Below, one piece after another: positions 25,529 through 32,000 of a stretch of 32,000 nucleotides of DNA. The stretch is from Acidobacteriota bacterium (GTDB lineage: Bacteria > Acidobacteriota > Terriglobia > Terriglobales > SCQP01). The translations under genes were made by a program, and so were the position numbers. The notes beneath the pieces were generated by a model. That model had not been told where the DNA came from. It searched no databases and saw only the letters and a list, made by a program, of their open reading frames with translations. Numbering within the stretch: the first letter of the stretch is position 1; each line of letters starts with the position of its first letter. The DNA is taken from NCBI GenBank assembly GCA_021789895.1, contig JAJYIU010000005.1, positions 43,239 to 75,238 on the forward strand, in the 5' to 3' direction.

Positions 25529-26224
25529 ATGCGGGAAAATTCCAAATTGCGCAGCGCCGTCCTCGATACCCTATGGAATAACCCAGTCATCGGGATGGCT
25601 ATCTACGATGGCGAAACCGGCGTCTTGAAAGACGCCAACGCCGCCTTTCTCGACCTGCTCGACAGCCGCTTTCGCACCAAAAAAACCCTCGGCCTGCCCA
25701 TCGAACAGTGCCTGCCGGAAATGGATTTGAGCGGGTTGAAGGATATCTTTCATCGCACCCTGAGCTCCAATCTCCCCTTCCACTCCGACCTGATCCGCTT
25801 GAATCGCCCGCAGATGGGCCCAATCCAGATCGCGATGACGGTGCTCGCTCTCAACCTCGACGCCGGCAGCCCTCGCTACCTCTTGATGGTCGCCTCCGAA
25901 CGCAAGCCCGGCCCCGCTTTGCCCCAGTTCTGGAACATCCTCGATAACCAAACACGCCATCTCCTGGCCCGCCACTTCCACCTCAGCGCCCGCGAGCTCG
26001 ATATCATCGCCGAGTGCCTGCAGGGTAAAAAAAATCGCCAGATCGCCGACGATCTCCACATCGGCATCTCCACCGTCAAACGCCACCTGGAAAGCGCCTA
26101 CCGCAAAATGGGCATTACCAGCTCACGTTCGCTGCCGCTCTCCATCCTGGCCGTGCTGCAGCAGATGGCCCCTGCCCCCGCCGAACTCACCGTCATGCCC
26201 AACAGCAACTCGCAAGTGGCCTGA
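25529..26224 (+). CDS. LuxR/GerE family transcriptional regulator with PAS-like N-terminal domain
   Basis: C-terminal LSARELDIIAECLQGKKNRQIADDLHIGISTVKRHLESAYRKMG is a LuxR-type HTH. The N-terminal 120 aa are PAS-like (IGMAIYDGETGVLKDANAAFLDLL). Confidence 0.85.
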   Translation: MRENSKLRSAVLDTLWNNPVIGMAIYDGETGVLKDANAAFLDLLDSRFRTKKTLGLPIEQCLPEMDLSGLKDIFHRTLSSNLPFHSDLIRLNRPQMGPIQIAMTVLALNLDAGSPRYLLMVASERKPGPALPQFWNILDNQTRHLLARHFHLSARELDIIAECLQGKKNRQIADDLHIGISTVKRHLESAYRKMGITSSRSLPLSILAVLQQMAPAPAELTVMPNSNSQVA

Positions 26225-26255
26225 TCCCCCGCTGGCCGCCCCCGGCGTTTCCCGC

Positions 26256-27908
26256 TTAGCGGCCTGCCTCCAGCTCATACGGCATCGCCGTCCCCATCGC
26301 CGCGCGCCGCAGCGCCGCCGGCAGCGCCGTGAGCAGATCCGTCGCCAGCAGCGCCCGCTGCCCCCATTGCCGCATTGCCAGATCGCCCGCCAGCCCGTGC
26401 AGATAGACCGCCGCCGCCGCCGTTTGGAAGCTGTCGCCCGACGCCTGCTGCGCCCATAATCCCGCCATCAACCCGGTCAATATATCGCCCGTCCCCGCGG
26501 TCGCCATGCCGGGATTGCCGCTGGTGTTGATCGCCATGCGCCCGTCCGGCGCAACCGTCAGGCTGCGATGTCCCTTCAACACCACCACCGCGCCCGTCGC
26601 CTGCGCCAGGCGCCGCGCGCATCCGGCGCGGTCGGACAGGATCGCCTTCGTTTCCACTCCCAGTAGCCGGCTCATTTCACCCGGATGCGGCGTCAGTATC
26701 ACGGCCGTACGCCCCAACCGCCTCTCGGCTGCCGACGCCAGCCCGGCCAGCGCCTCCAAATCGCCGGCAAAGGCATTCAGCCCATCCGCATCCAGCACCC
26801 AGGGAACCGGAGCCCCGGCCAGCACTCGTTTCAAGGCCGCTACCGTCACTGCTTCCTGGCCCAGCCCGGGGCCGGCTGCGAGTATGTTTTTCCCCGCCCA
26901 CAGCCCGCCTTCTTCAAACTCCGCCGCCGCCGCCAGCGCCAGCGCTCCGCCTGCGGTTTCCGGTAAAGGATGCGTCATCAGCTCCGGCCGGTAGCCGGCG
27001 ACGATTGGCAATATCCCCGCCGGCACCGCGGCGGTCGCTAATCCCGCGCCCATGCGCAAGGCCGCGGTGGCAGCCATCGCCGCCGCGCCCGATTTGCCTC
27101 GCGATCCGGCCAGCACCAGCACGTGACCGAAACTCCCCTTGTGCGACGCCGCCGGACGCGGCTTCAGCAGCGGGCGCGCCAGGTCCGCGTCACCTACCCA
27201 GACGTTGTACTCGGAACTTTCCAGCTCCGCCGCCGGGGTGCCGATGGATTCGATCCGCACCCTCCCCGCCCGGCGCGCATACGGGCCCAGCAGTTGCCCC
27301 AGCTTCGGCGCCGTGAAGGTAATCGTCCAATCGGCCTTCACGATCGGAATTTCCTTGTCCTCCGGCGGCGCTTCGCGGGTATATGCGCCATCGGCAGGCA
27401 GGCCGGAGGGCATGTCAATTGCGACTAGCGGCACGTCCGCGCGGCGTTGGTTCAACCATGCAATCATTTCCGCGCCAATGCCCTGCGGCGGACGGTCCAG
27501 CCCGGTGCCGTAAATGGCATCCACCAACAGCTTGCTGCCTTCCAAAAGAGCTTGCGCCTCGCCGGCGCGCTCGGCCACCACCGCCGCCGGCTCCGGCGCC
27601 TCGATCTGCAGCCGGTTCCATGCCTGCAGCGCCTCGCCCTGATAGGCTTCGGGTTTCGCCAGCAGGATCACGCGCGCGGCGCAGCCCTGATTCCGCAGCA
27701 GCCGCGCCGTTACCAACCCATCCCCGCCGTTGTTGCCCTTGCCGCACACCACGGACACCGGACCGCGGCTGCGTTCCGGCCAGGCGCGGCGCAGAAATCG
27801 CGCCACCGCCGCCCCGGCATTTTCCATCAACTCCGGTCCCGAAATGCCGTGTTCGCTCGCGGTGCGGTGATCCACCTGCCGCATCTGCGCCGCCGACAGC
27901 ACCTTCAT
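26256..27908 (-). CDS. nnr: Bifunctional NAD(P)H-hydrate repair enzyme (epimerase + ADP-dependent dehydratase, YjeF family)
   Basis: The N-terminal half VVCGKGNNGGDGLVTARLL is YjeF_N. The C-terminal half HKGSFGHVLVLAGSRGKSGAAAMAA...GNPGMATAGTGDILTG is the carbohydrate-kinase-like dehydratase. Confidence 0.93.
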   Translation of the reverse strand: MKVLSAAQMRQVDHRTASEHGISGPELMENAGAAVARFLRRAWPERSRGPVSVVCGKGNNGGDGLVTARLLRNQGCAARVILLAKPEAYQGEALQAWNRLQIEAPEPAAVVAERAGEAQALLEGSKLLVDAIYGTGLDRPPQGIGAEMIAWLNQRRADVPLVAIDMPSGLPADGAYTREAPPEDKEIPIVKADWTITFTAPKLGQLLGPYARRAGRVRIESIGTPAAELESSEYNVWVGDADLARPLLKPRPAASHKGSFGHVLVLAGSRGKSGAAAMAATAALRMGAGLATAAVPAGILPIVAGYRPELMTHPLPETAGGALALAAAAEFEEGGLWAGKNILAAGPGLGQEAVTVAALKRVLAGAPVPWVLDADGLNAFAGDLEALAGLASAAERRLGRTAVILTPHPGEMSRLLGVETKAILSDRAGCARRLAQATGAVVVLKGHRSLTVAPDGRMAINTSGNPGMATAGTGDILTGLMAGLWAQQASGDSFQTAAAAVYLHGLAGDLAMRQWGQRALLATDLLTALPAALRRAAMGTAMPYELEAGR

Positions 27909-28214
27909 CGCTCTGTGCCTTTCATCCAGGTTGAATTCGAATTTAGTTTACTCTTGGAGCTTATTACATCCCGTTTCATTCTGTTGGAGCCTGGCAAGCG
28001 CCATGGGCGAATTCTGCAACATTGAACGAGGGGCCACGCTCGCCAGCTCCGGCCGTGATTTTGCCGCTTCCCGGGGTTGTGTATCCTGAATCCTTGCGCA
28101 GTTTAATTCTCCCCGGCCATCGGCCTCGCCAACCCCGCCATGCTGCCGCCGGCCGCTGCCCTCCCGCATCGCCGCGTCCTTATCTAATGCTCCTTTATAA
28201 TTGAGAATTAAGCT

Positions 28215-29054
28215 ATGCCCGGCTTATCTCTTTTCTGGGACCGTGTCGCCCTTAGCTTTTATACTCTTGGACTTTTAGCCACGATCGGCGTCCTTTTTTG
28301 GCATCAGGAGCGGTTTTTCTCTTTGGTGCGGCGCCTGATCGGATTGGGATTTTTGTTCCAACTGGTCAGCGTGGTCGAAACCGGATACCTCGCCCACCAT
28401 TTCCCCGCGACCCAATATAGCGAGACTGCCAACCTGCTTTCATTATTGATCGCAGGCATATTTTTGCTGGCCTGGCGGCTCTATTCGCCCCGCGGCCTGC
28501 CGCTGGTGATTGAGCCGCTGCTGTTTTTGCTGACCTTCAGCTCGATCTATGGTCCGGTTGGCAGCGCGCGTATCGGAATCCAGCCGGCCGCCCAGGGCCT
28601 CCACAATCCCTGGATTTACTGGCACATCATCCTGAGTCTTTTAGGAATCGCGGGCCTGGCGCTGGCGGTGGCCGGCTCGCTGCTCTATCTCTGGACCGAG
28701 CGCCAGTTGAAGCGCAAGCCGCTGCGCGCCAGCTTGGCGCGTGCCCTTCCGCCGCTGGAAACCCTCGACCGCATGACCTATCTCTCATTGTTGTTCGGTT
28801 TTCCCCTGCTGACCCTGGGGCTGGTCATCGGCTTCTATCGCGCCGGTTTGCAGTGGGGCGTTGCCGGCCTGCACGATCCTAAAATTCTGATTTCGGTCCT
28901 CACCTGGGCGCTGTTTTTAATCTTACTTTTCGTGCGCTGGTCGTCTGGCTGGCGGGGCCGGCGTTCGGCGTTATTCATCCTGGTTTGCTTCCTGGTCGCA
29001 GTGGCCGGCTGGCTTTCCAACAGCTTCAGCCATCTGCACGATTTTGTCCGATGA
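28215..29054 (+). CDS. Cytochrome c assembly (CcsA/HemX-like) family membrane protein
   Basis: 279-aa polytopic protein. The segment GFYRAGLQWGVAGLHDPKILISVLTWALF resembles a degenerate CcsA W-rich/WDPK motif. It sits directly before hemA with an ATGA overlap, as for HemX-type genes in heme operons. Confidence 0.7.
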   Translation: MPGLSLFWDRVALSFYTLGLLATIGVLFWHQERFFSLVRRLIGLGFLFQLVSVVETGYLAHHFPATQYSETANLLSLLIAGIFLLAWRLYSPRGLPLVIEPLLFLLTFSSIYGPVGSARIGIQPAAQGLHNPWIYWHIILSLLGIAGLALAVAGSLLYLWTERQLKRKPLRASLARALPPLETLDRMTYLSLLFGFPLLTLGLVIGFYRAGLQWGVAGLHDPKILISVLTWALFLILLFVRWSSGWRGRRSALFILVCFLVAVAGWLSNSFSHLHDFVR

Positions 29055-30499
29055 CGCTACAGGTTTACGGACTCAGCCACCACACTGCCCCGCTCGAGGT
29101 GCGTGAGCGCCTGGCGCTGGCGCCCGAAGCCGTGCCGGCGGCGGTGGAGCGGCTGCGCCGTCAGGAGCACGTCGTCGAAGCCCTGGTGCTTTCCACCTGC
29201 AACCGTTTCGAAATCTGGCTGGAAACGAATGACGGCCAGCCCGACCTCTTCGCCTGCCTGCAATCGGCCAGCGGCCATAGCCTTCCCGTCGCCACCGCCG
29301 CCAATTGTTATAACCACGCCGGGCGCGACGCCGTGCGCCATATCTTCCGCGTCTGCGCCAGCCTCGATTCCATGCTGGTCGGCGAGCCGCAAATTTTAGG
29401 CCAGGTGAAGCAGGCTTACCGCTCCTCGCGCCAGGCCGGCGGCCTCGGCCCCAGCCTGGAATTGGCCTTGAGCCGCGCCTTTTCTTCGGCCAAGCGCATA
29501 CGCTCCGACACCGCCCTGGTGGGCGCCTCGGCGTCGCTCAGCCATGCCGCGGTTAAGATCGCGCGCGGCATTTTCGGATCGCTTGCCTCGCGCACCGTGC
29601 TGCTGCTCGGCGCCGGCAAGATCGGCGCCGCCGCCGCCCGCGATCTGCATCTGCAAGGCGCCGGCCGCCTGCTGCTGGCCAATCGCACCGCCGAACGCGC
29701 TGCGCTGCTCGCGGCTGAGATCCAGGCGGAAGCGCTGCCTTGGGATCGCTGGCGCCAGGCCGGGCCTCAAGCCGACATCCTGCTCAATAGCATTCCCGGC
29801 CCCGATTTGGGGCTGGCTCGCGGCGAGGTGGAACACTGGCTGCGCGAACGCCGCCAGCGCCCCATCCTGCTGCTCGATTTGGCCGTGCCGCGCGCCCTCG
29901 ATCCCGCCATTCATCAGCTCGAACAAGCCTTCCTCTATAACCTCGACGATTTGCAGGACGCCCTGGCCGAAAATAAGGCCGAGCGCAGCCGCGCCGCCGC
30001 CGCCGCTGAAAAGCTGATCGAACATGAAGTGGATAAATTCCTCCAGCGGCTCGAGCGGCGCGACGCCGCGCCCCTGCTGCGCGCGCTTCAGGCCGAGGCG
30101 GAACGCTTGCGCCAGCTCGAACTGGACCGCCTGCGGCATAAATTCGGCCAGCTTACCCCCGCCCAGATCGCGCTGCTCGACGAGCTGACCCGCGGGCTCA
30201 TGCGGAAATGGCTGCACCGCCCCCTGGTCGAACTGAAAATGGCCGCCGCCGAAGCCGATGGCGAGTTGCTCTCGGAGCTGGCGCAGCGGCTTTTCGGCTT
30301 GTCGCCCGATGCCGCCGATGCTGCAGAACCGCCCGAACCATTGGGCGCCGATGCCGCCGCTCCGCTCCCCGCTCGATCCCCCGCCGGCCCATCCCCGGCC
30401 GGCAAATCCTCCTCCATCCCTGCGGCTCCGGCCCCCGATGGCGTCCGCTCCTCCTTTTCCATGCCGCCCGCGCCCGGCGCCGCGGTGGTGAAATCCTGA
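29051..30499 (+). CDS. hemA: Glutamyl-tRNA reductase
   Basis: From ATG 29051: MTLQVYGLSHHTAPLEVRERLAL...LSTCNRFEIW (catalytic Cys)...SLDSMLVGEPQILGQVK...LLLGAGKIG. Has a Pro/Ala-rich C-terminal tail of roughly 65 aa. Confidence 0.93.
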   Translation: MTLQVYGLSHHTAPLEVRERLALAPEAVPAAVERLRRQEHVVEALVLSTCNRFEIWLETNDGQPDLFACLQSASGHSLPVATAANCYNHAGRDAVRHIFRVCASLDSMLVGEPQILGQVKQAYRSSRQAGGLGPSLELALSRAFSSAKRIRSDTALVGASASLSHAAVKIARGIFGSLASRTVLLLGAGKIGAAAARDLHLQGAGRLLLANRTAERAALLAAEIQAEALPWDRWRQAGPQADILLNSIPGPDLGLARGEVEHWLRERRQRPILLLDLAVPRALDPAIHQLEQAFLYNLDDLQDALAENKAERSRAAAAAEKLIEHEVDKFLQRLERRDAAPLLRALQAEAERLRQLELDRLRHKFGQLTPAQIALLDELTRGLMRKWLHRPLVELKMAAAEADGELLSELAQRLFGLSPDAADAAEPPEPLGADAAAPLPARSPAGPSPAGKSSSIPAAPAPDGVRSSFSMPPAPGAAVVKS

Positions 30500-30500
30500 C

Positions 30501-31451
30501 GTGGCGCCCGCCGCTTCCAGCTCTTCCCTGCCGCCGCTGCGCATTGGCACGCGCGGCTCGGCCTTGGCGCTCTGGCAAGCCAACTACGTCCGCGCCGAGT
30601 TGGAGCGCCGCGGCTGGCCCGCGCGCCTGGAAATCATCGCCACCAGCGGCGACCGCTATTCCGCCCGCCTCAGCTCGATGGGCGGCAAAGGCTTGTTCAC
30701 CCGTGAAATCGAGCAAGCCCTGCTCGCTGCCCGCGTTGATCTGGCTGTGCATAGCCTAAAAGACGTCCCCGCCGAGTTGCCGCCGGGCTTGGCGCTTGGC
30801 GCAATTCCCGAGCGCGCCGACCCGCGCGACGTGCTCCTCGCCGCCGGCGGCAAAACCCTGGCCCAACTCCCTCCCGGCGCCCGCGTCGGCACCAGCAGCC
30901 TCCGCCGCCGGGCGCAGTTGCTCGCCCTCCGCCCCGAGCTCGAAATCGTTCCTCTCAGCGGCAATATTGATACCCGCCTGCGCAAATGGCGCGCTGGCGA
31001 AGCCGCGGCCATCGTGCTCGCTGCCGCCGGCCTGCTCCGCCTGGATTCGCAGCAGGGCATCAGCGAATGGTTCGATCCGGGCGTCTTTCTTCCTGCCGCC
31101 GGACAAGGCGCGCTCGCCATCGAATGCCGCGCCGATGATGCGGCCCTGCTTGAACGCCTGCGCGCCTTGCATCATGCCCCCTCCGCCGCGGCAGCCGGCG
31201 CCGAGCGCCGTGTCCTCCAGGCGCTCGGCGCCGGCTGCCAATCTGCCCTCGCCGTTCATGCCGATTCCATGGCTGAAGGGCTGCGCCTGCGCGCCCGCCT
31301 GTTTTCTCCCGATGGACGCGAATGCCTCAAGGCGGAAGCCCGCGGCCCCGCGCCCTTGGCCCTGGGCGCGGAAGTGGCGCGGCAGCTCCAGCTTCAGGGC
31401 GCCGCGCGCCTGCTGCAGTTAGGCGCCCGCCCCGCCCCTAGCTTGCCGTGA
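30501..31451 (+). CDS. hemC: Hydroxymethylbilane synthase (porphobilinogen deaminase)
   Basis: LRIGTRGSALALWQANYV...GGKGLFTREIEQALL...DLAVHSLKDVP...GTSSLRRRAQL...RGNIDTRLRK. GTG start one nt after the hemA stop. Confidence 0.93.
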   Translation: MAPAASSSSLPPLRIGTRGSALALWQANYVRAELERRGWPARLEIIATSGDRYSARLSSMGGKGLFTREIEQALLAARVDLAVHSLKDVPAELPPGLALGAIPERADPRDVLLAAGGKTLAQLPPGARVGTSSLRRRAQLLALRPELEIVPLSGNIDTRLRKWRAGEAAAIVLAAAGLLRLDSQQGISEWFDPGVFLPAAGQGALAIECRADDAALLERLRALHHAPSAAAAGAERRVLQALGAGCQSALAVHADSMAEGLRLRARLFSPDGRECLKAEARGPAPLALGAEVARQLQLQGAARLLQLGARPAPSLP

Positions 31452-32000
31452 GCATTGCCTTGAGCGCCCCTGCCACCCCGCTCGCCGGACGCCGCATCGT
31501 GGTCACCCGCCCGCGCCGCCAGGCCGGCGCTCTGCTCGATGCGCTGGCGCAGCTCGGCGCCGAGGCCGTCCCGCTGCCGCTGATTGAAACCGTTCCCCCC
31601 GAGGATCCCCGCCCGCTCGATGCCGCCCTGCGGCGGCTTGATCAATATCAGGGCATTATATTTACTAGTGCCAACGGCGTCGAGGCGTTTTTCGAGCGCG
31701 CCGCCGCCCTCGGCTTCTCCCCGTCGCCCCCCGCCGGCTGGCTCTGCGCCATTGGCCCGGAAACCGCCCGCCAACTCGAGCGCCGTGGCTGGCCTCCCGC
31801 CATCCTGCCGCAGCGTTATGTCGCCGAGGGCATTCTGGATGCGCTCGCCGGGCGCAGCCTGCAGAACGCCCGCATCCTCATCCCGCGCGCCGCCGAGGCG
31901 CGTGACGTTTTGCCGCGCGAGCTCGCCCGCGCCGGCGCCCTTCCCGAAATCGTCGCCGCTTACCGCACTCGCATCCCCGCCGGGGCCGCCGCGCTCGCCC
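31448..32000 (+). CDS. hemD: Uroporphyrinogen-III synthase, 5' part (runs off the right edge)
   Basis: My translation from GTG 31448 (a GTGA overlap with the hemC stop): VSIALSAPATPLAGRRIVVTRPRRQAGALLDALAQLGAEAVPLPLIETVPP...YQGIIFTSANGVEAF...AIGPETARQLERRGW.... It is open to the window end and is not in the ORF track. Confidence 0.85.
   Translation, partial: MSIALSAPATPLAGRRIVVTRPRRQAGALLDALAQLGAEAVPLPLIETVPPEDPRPLDAALRRLDQYQGIIFTSANGVEAFFERAAALGFSPSPPAGWLCAIGPETARQLERRGWPPAILPQRYVAEGILDALAGRSLQNARILIPRAAEARDVLPRELARAGALPEIVAAYRTRIPAGAAALA

Noticed and set aside
27909-28214. 306-bp spacer between nnr and the hemX-like gene, inspected for an ncRNA or sigma-54 promoter. It contains the AATTCGAATT palindrome at 27934-27943, a TTGGAGC duplication, and TGGCAAGCGCCATGG.
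   Set aside because: It matches no RNA family I know (SRP, 6S, RNase P, tmRNA). The TGGCA element lacks a properly spaced GC -12 element. The short palindromes are within chance expectation for a divergent promoter region.
30301-30496. Pro/Ala-rich C-terminal tail of HemA, and a similar shorter tail on PyrG at 11390-11469.
   Set aside because: These are low-complexity extensions of the kind common in high-GC genomes. They have no motif or structure and are not evidence of a fused domain.

Overview
High-GC (about two thirds G+C) bacterial chromosomal window. The gene content and protein styles look Acidobacteriota/Terriglobia-like, but that is a low-confidence inference. I support about 30 protein genes and one tRNA-Ala(GGC). 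Most are housekeeping: pyrG-kdsA; a short mraY-murD-ftsW block; moaC-mogA; nnr; and a hemX/ccsA-like-hemA-hemC-hemD operon. Tight operons with ATGA/GTGA start-stop overlaps occur at 6268, 18474-18477, 20940-20943, 29051-29054 and 31448-31451. Many long ORFs in the track are antisense shadow ORFs typical of high-GC DNA, and I do not call them. Main finding: the ORF at 5774..6271 appears to be the tail of a longer thioredoxin-fold gene starting at 5660. Its only interruption is a TGA at 5756-5758, sitting where the first Cys of the CxxC redox motif belongs. A stem-loop follows at SECIS-like spacing. I therefore predict a selenocysteine protein with a U-G-G-C centre, which standard ORF calling would miss. 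It lies between two GlsB/YeaQ/YmgE small membrane protein genes. About 4 kb away is an isolated glycosyltransferase that I tentatively place in the TIGR04348/SenB selenosugar synthase family. Second finding: a tightly coupled queF / nucleoside-deoxyribosyltransferase-like / tdk trio sits directly upstream of mraY-murD-ftsW, which lacks murF and murG/murC neighbours. Other observations are a large BNR-repeat exoprotein with an unusual internal TM-RRRR-lipobox module near its C-terminus, and a few structured AT-rich intergenic regions. I saw no CRISPR array, transposase, integrase, rRNA or recognisable defence system. All functional calls rest on my own motif recognition in the translations. No database search was run.
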